Part shown: positions 18,571-40,203 of the stretch, piece by piece | Position numbering within the stretch: the stretch's first letter is position 1 | How the letters are laid out: each line of letters starts with the position of its first letter | DNA from: the human T2T-CHM13v2.0 reference genome, Homo sapiens | Length of the DNA stretch: 64,000 bases | Assembly (NCBI RefSeq): GCF_009914755.1 | Contig: NC_060926.1 | Strand: one strand, 5' to 3' | Notes under the pieces: generated by a model | Databases searched by the model: none | What the model was told of the DNA's origin: nothing | Seen by the model: only the letters and a program-made list of their open reading frames with translations | Program-made: the position numbers and the translations under genes

Positions 18571-19184
18571 CTAAAATCCAGCCTTAGGCCAGCAGTCAAA
18601 ACCCACCATATCTGGATGTTAAAGAAGGACAAAAGCTGGTGCTGTGTTAAGCTTGACCTCAGAGGACAGCTAAAACCTGTCAGGCAGTCATAGCTGAGGG
18701 CAGTGGTTCTCAACCATCTATCCACACTAACACCTTCCTGTCTGTTACGATGGCTCACTACTACCAAGATTCTCAATCAGGAAGCAAGAAGGAATTCACA
18801 CCCTTAGGACAGCATCTCAGAACCTGTGGGAAAGTTCTGTGTTGATTAGACAATAAAACAGGCAATTCTTAACCTGCCCCTGGAGGGGAGCCCTCTGCGC
18901 TCTGCCAGCGCCATGAGAAGCGGTGACCTAGGCTTTGACCCTCAGCTTTATAAGTTCAGAAACTCAACTTTGTCAGCTCATCCAGTGATAATTGGGCTCT
19001 AGGGTGTTGAGTCAGAAAACTTACAGTCGCAGGAGGCTGATTTATAATCCAGAATGTCAATTAACCAATTAAAAATGGAAGATACAGCTTTTCAGCACTT
19101 GAACTACTCGTGACCCCTTTTCAAACTACCCTCCAGTATCTATATGGCTGGAAAACCAAATTGTTAACCAACTACAAGAGATTA

Positions 19185-19490
<306 letters not shown>

Positions 19491-19592
19491 AAAACTGAAC
19501 TGACAAAAGACCTTTTTTTCAATCCCAGTCCTGCCATTGTCTTTGATCTTGGCAAGTCAAAGCCTTTCTGAATCTTGTAAACTCTGAGACTA

Positions 19593-20470
<878 letters not shown>

Positions 20471-20699
20471 CTAGGGTTTGCAGCACATCTTTGCCCTGTT
20501 GGAGAAATCATAATTTTCTGTAACCTTAGTATGCATGGCCAAATACAGTGCACTTGGTGCCAGATTTCTGCTATTTGACTCCTTCCTGTGAGCACTTAAT
20601 ACCCTCTCATAATGTGTTGATTCTAAACCACACACATTTATTGTTCCTCTTTTAGGTTGGCTGTCTCCAGGGCCCAGGCTGTTTCTAGGTAGCACTAGA

Positions 20700-20810
20700 G
20701 CCTCCACTTCAGTGGGTCTGGGGTGGGGCCTGATAATTTGCATTTCTAACAAGTACCCAAGTGGTACTGATCTAGGGACCAGACCACCGCTTTGAGAGCC
20801 ACTGATCTAG
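20700..20810. mobile_element. MER5A-like hAT-Charlie DNA transposon relic
   Basis: GGTCTGGGGTGGGGCC...ATTTGCATTTCTAACAAG...CTTTGAGAGCCACTG. Confidence 0.75.
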
Positions 20811-20900
20811 TTCAAATGATCATGGTCTTAAGCTGATACCAATAAGAAAATCTATTGCTTTCCTGCTGCTGTCTTGCTCTCACTCAGCGTCAGCGCATGA

Positions 20901-21605
<705 letters not shown>

Positions 21606-22089
21606 TGTCTAGCTTTATACTATGTCTTACTGAAGAATTCAGAACTTAATTTTTTTTAAGATGCAGTGTCATTTAGAAACATTTTCCTAATTGGCTTGAA
21701 TGGAAATGGTACTTGATGATTCCTGGATGGCATCACTCCCTAACAGAAAGGGGTAGACAATGGCCTACTTGATGGAGAACTCTTGGAGGGCAGCTCTGAC
21801 GGCTGTGCCATCTGCATCTTCCCAAGTTTAGGTTCTAGCACGAAGTCCCAGGCACTGCTCTAAGGGGTTTGTACATCCAAACACATTTAAATCCCCGCTT
21901 TACGGATAAGGGAACTGGGTCTCAGGGAAATAGAGTCACTGCCCAAGTCCACAGAGCTTGAAAGTATGAGACCCAGATTTGGACTCAAGCAGTTTGACAC
22001 CAAAGCCTAGGCTCCTACTCACTGTTATGCTAGCTAATATAGTGCTCAATAAGTTTATTCAGTGTTATGAAAGATCGTATGCCTCCTAC

Positions 22090-22372
22090 TTTTTTAAACT
22101 TTTAAGTTCAGGGGTACCTGTGCAGGATGTGCAGGTTTGTTTTATAGGTAAACTTGCGTCATGGGGGTTTGTGGTACAGATTTGATCACTCAGGTATTAA
22201 ACCTAGAACCCACTGGCTATTTTCCTGATCCACTCCCTCCTCCCACCCTCCAATCAGTCCCCGTGTGTGTTGTTCCCCTCTGTGTGTTCATGTGTTCTCA
22301 TCATTTAGCTCCCACTTTCAAGTGAGAACATGTGGTATTTGGTTTTCTGTTGCTGCTTTAGTTTGCTGAGTA
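22090..22372 (-). mobile_element. L1PA (older) 3' end fragment
   Basis: TTTTAAGTTCAGGGGTAC...GCTCCCACTTTCAAGTGAGAACATGTGGTATTTGG. Confidence 0.8.
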
Positions 22373-22703
22373 TAGTGCATATGCCTCCTACTTAATAGAA
22401 AAAAAGTCAGCAGGTATGGTCAACTTCAACTTTCTTTCTCCTACAATCTATTAAACCTACGTACATCTATATCTTCACCATCTGCCTTTCCACCAGTCTC
22501 AGAAAAGAAGTTTCCCCTCTCTCAGTTCAAGGCCAGTTCTTCCCGTAGCCTTTGACCCCATCTCTTCCTGTTTTCTCTGGACTTCATCAGTTATTCTATT
22601 TGGGAACTTTAATCTCTTAATCTCTCCTCTCCTTACTTTCTCCTCCTCACCCATCATCCTGCTCAAGATCTAAGAAAATCCCCACTAGGGGACCCAGCAT
22701 TGA

Positions 22704-24770
<2,067 letters not shown>

Positions 24771-25080
24771 AAATTTTAACATCTTTGTTATTGAAATACA
24801 AGTGTTTAATTTGCCGGCATATTTTTTAACAATACATAAAATACTACCGCATCTTAAAGTTGATGTTATCTTAGATTCAATGAAATATGATAACTGGATG
24901 TGAATAAGAAGGAATTCAAAAGCAAAGTTTCAAACCCGAGTGACTGGAAGGGAGTTTCCTTGAGCCCCACAGGAGAGTCTAACCAAATCTTCCATTTGAG
25001 CAATGATCCCCAGACAATACTGCTCTCCCACCTTCCCCACTTGAACTTATTAATAAGAGGAAGTAGTTATTAATGACAAC

Positions 25081-25086
25081 TTTAAT
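25081..25086 (-). terminator. PTRHD1: PTRHD1 poly(A) signal ATTAAA
   Basis: TTTAAT on + strand, 125 nt past the stop codon. Confidence 0.65.
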
Positions 25087-25210
25087 ATGAACATGTGCTT
25101 AACCCTCAAGAAATTGTCACAACTGAAAGACGGGAGCAAGCTGACACTGCAAGGAACACATGATGCTTTGGAATGGGTGGCCTGCGTATTCAAACACATC
25201 AAAGCAGCAG

Positions 25211-25381
25211 TTACTTGAACAATCGGAACTTCTTCAAATACTGGCCCACTTCTTCCTTGGGGTAGGGCCGGAGAGCAATACAAGTGGCGATATTCTCTGG
25301 TTGCTCAAGCCACAGCATGTGGTCAATGTTCTTCTGTTGCAGGGTCTCGGCCAGCTCCTTTAGGGTGGTCTCATCTGGGGC
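25211..25381 (-). CDS. PTRHD1: PTRHD1 exon 2: [56 protein letters not shown]
   Basis: CTCCTTTAG acceptor, phase 0, 56 codons plus TAA. Confidence 0.95.
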   Translation of the reverse strand, partial: APDETTLKELAETLQQKNIDHMLWLEQPENIATCIALRPYPKEEVGQYLKKFRLFK

Positions 25382-25721
25382 CTAAAGGAGAAGAACACAG
25401 AACACAAACTGAATAGCCCACTTAGGAAGTGTCAAAAGGCCAAAAAAGGTTTCCGGAGTCCTCTTGCCTGAAAGTGGAGTAACAGCTTTACCAAGGAGGG
25501 AGCTGCAGAGCAATGATGTCATTCCGTGGTGCACTGGGGAGGGGAGAGAGGCTTCATATTCCAGTTTAGAAAATGGAGATTTGTATCTTCCCTTGTGAGA
25601 TGTTGTATGCCCAACACACACATGTGTAATGTGTAATTCTGCTCTATACATTTTCCAGCTCTCCTATGGCTGGCGCCCATAATTTTAAGTGCCTCTGACT
25701 TTAAGAGCTGCCTAGTGGAAG

Positions 25722-26023
25722 TTTTTTTTTTTTTTTCTTTTGAGACAGAGTCTTGCTCTGTCGCCTGGGCTAGAGTACAGTGGCACGATTATCAGCTCAC
25801 TGCAGTCTCTGGCTCCCGAGTTCAAGCAATTCTCCTGCCTCAGCCTCCCGAGTAGCTGGGATTACAGGCGCACACCACTACACCTGGCTAATTTTTGTAT
25901 TTTTAGTAGAGATGGGGTTTCACCATGTTGCCCAGGCTGGTCTGGAGCTCCTGACCTCAAGCAATCCACCCACCTAAGCCTCCCAAAGTGCTAGGATTAC
26001 AGGAGTGAGCCACCATGCCCGGC
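25722..26023 (-). mobile_element. Alu in PTRHD1 intron, TSD CCTAGTGGAAG
   Basis: Alu consensus plus flanking repeat. Confidence 0.9.
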
Positions 26024-27925
26024 CCCTAGTGGAAGGATTTCTAAAAGCACATCCACTTCCACTTTCCTCCACCCCTCCCACTCTACCTCACTGAAACCTA
26101 GAGGGGTTTTCCTTCTGCTGGGATGGCTCCCACTTGTTTATTAAAGGGAGAGTACAATATTCTCTAACATCCTTCTGAAATTGTTTCTGGGTCATCCTTA
26201 CTGCCAATTCACCCATGCTGAATCCCATTCCAGGAAGTATTAAAACGATCACTCAGAAAATTATTATTTTTGTGTTATTTTGCATAAAGTTTATCTCTTA
26301 CCTATGAAGGCAGAAGCCACTAAGCTACTCAGAGGCTTGTTTTAATAAATTAGAGAATGCCAGTATTGCGACTCTTAACCTGCTGAGTCCTTCTGGCAGA
26401 GCTCTGCTGGAGGACTCATCAGCTTCTTCAGCCTCGGGCAGCAGCAGAGCATAGTGAGATACAGTGAGGCTCTGGAATCAGACTACTGGACTCCAAACTC
26501 TTGCTGACTGTGTGATCGTGGATAAGTTAGGTGACTTCGCTGGCCTCTTCGTCCCTTTATAAAACAGGAATAATGCTTCCTAATGGGGATCAATGAAATC
26601 AGGCTTGGACCTGTGCCTGGCACACACTAAGCACTCAATAAATGTAGTTAATCCTGGTATTTTCTTATATTTTATTGGCCCTTCTGACTACAGCAGCACC
26701 TCAATGTAATCAGTAGCGACTCCTAAGTCCCTTTCTTGAGTCATGACTAACAACTAAGAATCATGAGACCCTCTTTTAAACTCAGGGGAGTCACTTAATC
26801 CCTGTAGGCTTCAGAGAGTTTCACCTGCGACAAGAGGAGTCTAACCTGATTTCTTGAGACCTCTTACTAGGAAGAAAATCTAAGTGAAAAGCCAGCAGCT
26901 TCTGTTCTGCCTACACAGATTCTCAAGGCATTTTTCCTACAGGTTACCGCTTGATGTTTCACTATCCAGCAGCAATTTTTCTCTTGAAAGATAATCTATC
27001 TTTGCCAGTTACCCATGAAGGGATTACTCCACCCCTCCACCTGAGTTCTGGCTTAAAGCCGTTTTTCCTTATTATAAAAAGCCGTTTATTATTAAAGCCG
27101 TTTTTCCTTATTATAAAATATGTGCTTAAGGTAGAAAATTTTAAAAATACAGATTAAGCATTAGGAAATAACCAAAATCTCACCATGCACTACTTAATAT
27201 GTAGATGTATTTCTTTAGTTTTTCCTTTCAAAGTCTGGATCATTCTGTATATATAGTTCAGTTAGCTTCGCATCATGAGCACTCTTCCCGACCACTAAAT
27301 ATGCTTCAAAACCATAAGGGCTCCCATGAATATCCTTGTGCAAAGCTCTTTGGGTGCATCTGATTATTTTCTTAGGCTACATCTCTAGCAGCAGGATAGA
27401 GAGTCAAAGGGTAAGGGTGAGATTTGTTTGGTCATCTGCAAACAGAACCTGACTGCTATTTTAAAAGGTGTACCGATTTACACACCTGGTGCCTGGTCTA
27501 GCTGAAGCTAGGTTCAATTTATACTAACGTTTTTAGTATTTATTTTCAAATAATTTGGCGTCCTACCCAGGTAAATACTCAGTTTGACTTCACTTTGCAC
27601 TGTCCCTTCGGGCTCGGTTTTGCAGGAGGACAGCACTTTGGGGCATGGCTTTAAAAAGTCGGCCAGTGCACAGGCGGAACAGCGGGGACACAGGAGCCAC
27701 CACTTTACCGCGAGCCCAGCAGGGGGCGGAGGACTGCTGTCCACTCTTCACACAGTCAGGCCCTTCCCAAGGGCGCACCTCCAGGGAAACAGCTCCAGTC
27801 TAAATGTTAACGATCACCCCAACTCCCGCCGCACCCACTCCCCGCAGCCAGGCCTTCGGACCGAAGACCACACCCACTTCCGCCCTCGATGTCTCAGCAC
27901 CTCCCCCTCCGCCCGAGTGCCTCAC

Positions 27926-28177
27926 CTCGAGGACCACTTTGCGCATGCGCCCCAGCTCTTGGAGGTAAGCGGCTGTGTGCGGGTGGTCGCGGTGAGTGTG
28001 CAAGGCCGCGGTGGCCGCGTGACAAGCCTGCGCTACCAGTGCGCCCGCCGGCCAGGAGAACGGAGCTTGTGATAGATCCTTTCGTAACACCAAGTATTGT
28101 ACCAGGACCTGCGGCTCCGCCCCAGAGGCCGCCATCTTCCTGACCACCCGAAAGGCCGGACCTACTCCCCGGTGCAT
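27926..28177 (-). CDS. PTRHD1: PTRHD1 exon 1 (peptidyl-tRNA hydrolase domain-containing 1): [19 protein letters not shown]...[11 protein letters not shown]...MRKVVLE
   Basis: 84 codons ending GAG|GTGAG; PTH2-family motifs VLRKDL, AQACHA, KVVLE; 140 aa with exon 2. Confidence 0.95.
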
Positions 28178-28273
28178 CTTGGGATCAGGGCGGGGCCCTG
28201 AGCGCCGCCATGCTTTTGTACGGCAGGATCGCAAAGCACGCCGGGACCGGTTGGTTTGGTTTTGAAGACGTGG

Positions 28274-28301
28274 ATGGCGGGAATTCTCGCTTCTGGCCTG
28301 G
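28274..28301 (+). CDS. CENPO: CENPO exon 1 coding part MAGILASGL(G), start of the 294-aa exon-2-skipped isoform
   Basis: ATG plus 28 nt to G|GTGAGC donor; phase 1 matches exon 3. Confidence 0.75.
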
Positions 28302-28719
28302 GTGAGCTAGAAGGGAGAAGGTAGGGGAAAGACCCATTGTCGGACCGGACCGTGGCCAGGGTGGCGGGCTGAACGGCCTTCTTAAAACTCCTTCCGTGGC
28401 CGGGAAGCCCGCTGGACCAGAGTAGCCGTGGCCTCGGGAGCGCGCCGGGGCCGCGGGATGGGCGCGGGGGTGGGCATGGACTCTGCTGGCTCGGACGATG
28501 GGAGAGGGCGGGCGGCTCAGGAAAGGGGATCCTAGCCGTGACATTTGTGTCATCCGCGGCCCAGGGGTTGTGCCTGAGTGGTGTGTGCCCTGCCGTCTGG
28601 GTTTGAATGGGACTAGATGTGATGTGACTGTTGCCATTTTTCTTTTATTAGCAAGGACATTGGAGTCCCTATCACCGGTTGCCTAGACAACTTCATGGGA
28701 AGGCCCTTGGGAATCTGAG

Positions 28720-28765
28720 ATGGAGCAGGCGAACCCTTTACGTCCAGATGGCGAGTCCAAAGGAG
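28720..28765 (+). CDS. CENPO: CENPO exon 2 coding part MEQANPLRPDGESKG(G) (exon 28652-28765)
   Basis: TTTTATTAG acceptor, GAGATGG Kozak, G|GTATTC donor. Confidence 0.92.
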
Positions 28766-30873
28766 GTATTCAGAGGGTCGCCGCCTCCTTCCTGCTGCTG
28801 CCCAAAGATGACCCGCAGGCTGAGAGAGCCCTTTCCTCCTGGAACTGACGTGGGACCTGGCCTGTTTGGGAGCAGAATAGTGAAAGGAACTAACATTGAA
28901 GACAAAGGGACAGGCAGCCAAGATTATTCGAGGAGGAAAAATGGCTTCGTTTCTAGGCTCCCACCCCTTTTGAAACGGATAAGTTGCATCCATCATATGC
29001 TCAGTGTTTATATTCTGAACTGCGGTTCTAGCCAGGGAGGTCCCTTTCCTCTCCCCGGATTTTTTGGGCCATGTATGCATTACTCTTGAGGGAGGGCCAG
29101 TGTAGGGCAGTGACTTTAGTGTTGGCTAGAACTGGTTTTGAGTGTTGGCTCTGCCATGATAAATATTGTGACCTTAGGCAAGTCACTTTATTCTCTGCCT
29201 CTGTTTCTTCATCTGGAAAATGGAGGTGAAAATAGCACTGTAGTTGTGGTTGTGGAAAAAGTATTTCTTTTGTGGTGGAAAAGTATTTAACTCAGACTTT
29301 TCAAGTGAAGCATTTAGCACATGTCTAATATATAGGAAATATTCAATGAAAGGCTTAATTCTTTACATACTTTGTGTCTTAAAATGTAGAAGGTGTTTAA
29401 AGAATGCTTGTTAGAGTTGCTTAGAATTACGAAACTATTACTTTTACTTAGTCCTTAGTCAATCCTTTGGAAACTGAGATTTGCGTTTGAATTTCTGTCC
29501 AGGAGTAAGTTGCTTTCTTCTTTAGTGCCTAGTAATATTTGTGGACAGTTCTGGTTTTGTGTGACTTTATGTTCTTTGCTACTAATACTTTTTAGAACTT
29601 TGAAATACTTACTCAAGCCTGATGCCTAAATCCAAAGGGTTCTACGTTAGTACTTTGGGAAAGCTTGCCATAAAACCTAACTTAAATTACAGTTTTAAAA
29701 AGAATTTCTGAGCGCGTCAGTGAATTTGGTTATCCTATTTTTCTCTGGGTCATCATTATCATTGATAACAGAGAAGTAACTATATTCAGCTTAAGATGAC
29801 TTAAGCTGAGACTTTAGATAATAAAAGTATATGGGGTAAGATTTATTGTTACTTTAAGACTAAAAATAAGTTTGGTGACTTTATGTAGTGGAAACATGCT
29901 ACACTCAGGAGTAACCTGTTCTCTAGTCCAGGCCTTATTTCATTTCTGTTAAAGTAAGTGATGAGGTGGAAGTTTTGGATTATCAAGAGACTTAGACCAG
30001 TCTCCTTATTCTCTACCCAAAACAATATTTAAACACTTAGCTGTTACCCATACTGGTTTTATCCCTCTGCTTGTTTGATTTCAGTTTTTTGCTTATTATT
30101 TGAATTCTCCCCACTCATTTGAGAAGGAAGGACATGGAGTTGTAGTTGCAACCAGATGATTTATTCAAATAGGCAGGGATTTTGACCTTTTCTGGGACAA
30201 AGCTGACTGGCTAGGATGAGATGCAATCATAACTTCCAAGGTAAAGCAGGCCCAGCAGATACACTCCCTCTTTTCTGTAGTAGCAACGCTAAACAACAAC
30301 GCTACCCCCTTGGTGTAGAGGGAATCAGGTCGGTAAAGAAGCTGGGCAGGTTTGAGAGCCTGAGAAGAGGGCTGTGTGGAAGTGCCTAGAGAAGGAGCAG
30401 CATGATACTGTTTTGAACACCTACTTATCTCAGAAACTTTGGGAATATTGATATCTACTGTTTTAGTAATATAGAATTTCCATAAAGTAGAATTTGGTGA
30501 GGCGTCTCCTCTACCACCCTAAATTATTCTATGTGTGCGTGCTTTTCAGATCACCTCCTGGTTGGACATTAATTTTTGTAAGCTCCGTGAGGACAGGGAC
30601 TTCGTTTTGCCACCACAGTATGAATAACTTCCAGCACGGTCCTTGGTCCATAGTAAATTCTCAATGCATAGTTGTTGGATAAATAGAGATTTGTGAATAA
30701 AGCAGTTAATCACGTGCTAATTATTAGGACTAATTTATTTAATTAGAATTTTGGTTTCTCACGATTATTATTGCGGTAATGTGGGTTTTTCTGTGGACAT
30801 GAGCCAAGTGAATGTAATCTCCAAGAGTGTCATGCCTGGTTGTCCGTGTTTCGGTAAACATTTCCGGAGTGTT

Positions 30874-32740
<1,867 letters not shown>

Positions 32741-32742
32741 GT

Positions 32743-32947
32743 ACAAGTTGAGCACTGAAGATCCAAAATCTGAAATACTCCAAAATCTGAAGCTTTTTGA
32801 GCACTGACATGATGGTCAAAGGAAATGCTTATTTCCAGTTTTGGATTTTCAGATATGGGATGTTCAGCCAGTAAGTGTAATGCAAATACTCCCAATTCCG
32901 AAATCTGAAACACCTCTAGTCCCAAAACGTTCGGATACTCAACTTGC
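32743..32947. mobile_element. Tigger4b/MER46-like MITE
   Basis: Terminal inverted repeats CAAGTTGAGCA...TACTCAACTTG; internal ATCCAAAATCTGAAATACTCCAAAATCTGAA. Confidence 0.75.
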
Positions 32948-33265
32948 ATGGACAACTCTTTTAAGTAGTTTTCCTGGAAAGGAAAGGGGAGAAAAGGGAG
33001 ATAGTAGCTGAAGGGGATTTGTGGGCAAGAATAGGCCTGTGAGTGTATGAAATTGTGTGTGTGTGTATGTGTGTGTATATATATATATGAGTGTGTGTTT
33101 GAAGACAGTTGAGACTTGAGCGTGTGTGGAAGGGAAATGAACACAGCAGAGAAAAGGGTAACTGATCATTTAGGGTTTCTGAGAAAGCAAGGGGATAGGC
33201 CTCAATGAGTAAAATAGGATAATTCTGCATATAGTGCGTGTCTGTTTCTATTTGATCTCACACAA

Positions 33266-34055
<790 letters not shown>

Positions 34056-34432
34056 TGTGAGAGGGCTTCTCTCCGGCCTGTGGTAAAGCTAGAGAATCAT
34101 CCTTTACACACTAGAGATGTGGATTTGCGATAAACTGCAGACCTAGATAAGACACTGCTGCCTAATCAGCGTGTGATAGTTCATATCCTCTCTCGGGCTG
34201 TCTTTGAGGAGGATCCTCTTTTACATCACTCTCCAACCTAGGAGGTTGATGATCTTTGATTTCAATTGTTAGCTCCCCTGGTTTTATAAATTGACAGATA
34301 TCTAACAATTCAGCTGGCCACAAAGTTCTGGTAAAAAAAAAAAAGAGTCACCTGTTCTTCCCTGAGATGCTTCCTGTTGCCACAGTGAGAAATCCTCAGC
34401 TTCTTGTAAAATTCTCCTTTTACTCTCCTTAG

Positions 34433-34602
34433 GTGTTTTAGCTCACTTGGAAAGGCTAGAGACCCAAGTGAGCAGATCCCGTAAACAGTCTGAAGAGCTG
34501 CAGAGCGTGCAGGCCCAGGAAGGTGCTCTTGGAACCAAGATTCATAAACTAAGGCGTCTGCGAGATGAGCTGAGGGCTGTGGTGCGGCACCGGCGAGCCA
34601 GC
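34433..34602 (+). CDS. CENPO: CENPO exon 3 (GVLAHLERLETQ...VVRHRRAS)
   Basis: CTCCTTAG acceptor, AGC|GTGAGT donor, 170 nt, frame continuous. Confidence 0.95.
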
Positions 34603-34761
34603 GTGAGTAGAAGGGTGGTATCAGCAGTTCCTTTAGAGTATAATGAACAAACGTGATTTGGGAATTGGTGAATTGGCCATTTTTTATAATGTGTTTTACT
34701 TGTGATCTTACTGGATTGATTGCAGTCCTTGATCCCTCAAATGATCAAACCTGTAGAGTTT

Positions 34762-35075
<314 letters not shown>

Positions 35076-35301
35076 CTAACATTTTTTAATTTTTTTATTA
35101 TACTTTAAGTTTTAGGGTACATGCGCACAACGTGTAGGTTTGTTACATATGTATACATGTGCCATGTTGGTGTGCTGCGCCCATTAACTCTTCATTTAAC
35201 ATTAGGTGTATCTCCTAATGCTATCCCTCCCCCCTCCCCCCACCCCACAACAGGCCCCGGTGTGTGATGTTCCCCTTCCTGTGTCCATGTGTTCTCAGTG
35301 T

Positions 35302-39125
<3,824 letters not shown>

Positions 39126-39188
39126 TATGATGTTAGCTGGTTATTTTGCCCATTAATTCATGCAGTTTCTTCATAGCATTGCTGGTCT

Positions 39189-40203
39189 TTACAATTTGGC
39201 ATGTTTTTGCAGTGGCTGGTACCGGTTGTTCCTTTCCATGTTTAGTGCTTCCTTCAGGAGCTCTTTTAGGGCAGGCCTGGTGGTGACAAAATCTCTCAGC
39301 ATTTGCTTGTCTGTAAAGGATTTTATTTCTCCTTCACTTATGAAGCTTAGTTTGGCTGGATATGAAATTCTGGGATGAGAATTCTTTTCTTTAAGAATGT
39401 TGAACATTGGCCCCCACTCTCTTCTGACTTGTAGAGTTTGTGCCGAGAGATCAGCTGTTAGTCTGATGGGCTTCCCTTTGTGGGTAGCCCGACCTTTCTC
39501 TCTGGCTGCCCTTACATTTTTTCCTTCATTTCAACTTTGGTGAATCTGACAATTATGTGTCTTGGGGTTGCTCTTCTCAAGGAGTATCTTTGTGGCGTTC
39601 TCTGTAGTTCCTGAATATGAATATTGGCCTGCCTTGCTAGTTTGGGGAAGTTCTCCTGGATAATATCCTGCAGAGTGTTTTCCAACTTGGTTCCATTCTC
39701 CCCATCACTTTCAGGTACACCTATCAGACGTAGATTTGGTCTTTTCGCATAGTCCCATATTTCTTGGAGGCTTTGTTCGTTTCTTTTTATTCTTTTTTCT
39801 CTAAACTTCTCTTCTTGCTTCATTTCATTCATTTCATCTTCCATCACTGATACCCTTTCTTCCAGTTGATCGAATCGGCTACTGAGGCTTGTGCATTCGT
39901 CACGTGGGTCTCACGCCATGGTTTTCAGCTCCATCAGGTCCTTTAAGGACTTCTCTGCATTGGTTATTCTAGTTAGCCATTCGTGTAATTTTTTTCAAGG
40001 TTTTTAACTTCTTTGCCATGGGTTCGAACTTCCTCCTGTAGCTCGGAGTAGTTTGATCGTCTGAAGCTGTCTTCTCTCAACTCGTCAAAGTCATTCTCCG
40101 TCCAGCTTTGTTCCATTGCTGGTGAGGAGCTGCGTTCCTTTGGAGGAGGAGAGGCGCTCTGATTTTTAGAGTTTCCAGTTTTTCTGCTCTGTTTTTTCCC
40201 CAT
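39189..40203 (-). pseudogene. L1 ORF1, disrupted
   Basis: Three ORF pieces: MGKKQSRKTGNSK..., ...RPNLRLIGVPE..., ...YPAKLSFISEGEIKSF... Confidence 0.93.

Larger units (their letters stand above)
27650..28600. promoter_or_regulatory. CpG island and bidirectional PTRHD1/CENPO promoter
   Basis: High CpG density; NRF1 palindrome GCGCATGCGC 27941-27950, YY1 GCCGCCATCTT 28128-28138, GC box 28188-28195, CHR TTTGAA 28261-28266, E2F-like GGCGGGAA 28276-28283. Confidence 0.9.

Noticed and set aside
27584-29089. Overlapping 136-162 aa ORFs across the CpG island
   Set aside because: Expected stop-codon scarcity in GC-rich DNA; only the PTRHD1 and CENPO exon frames are supported by splice sites and known proteins.
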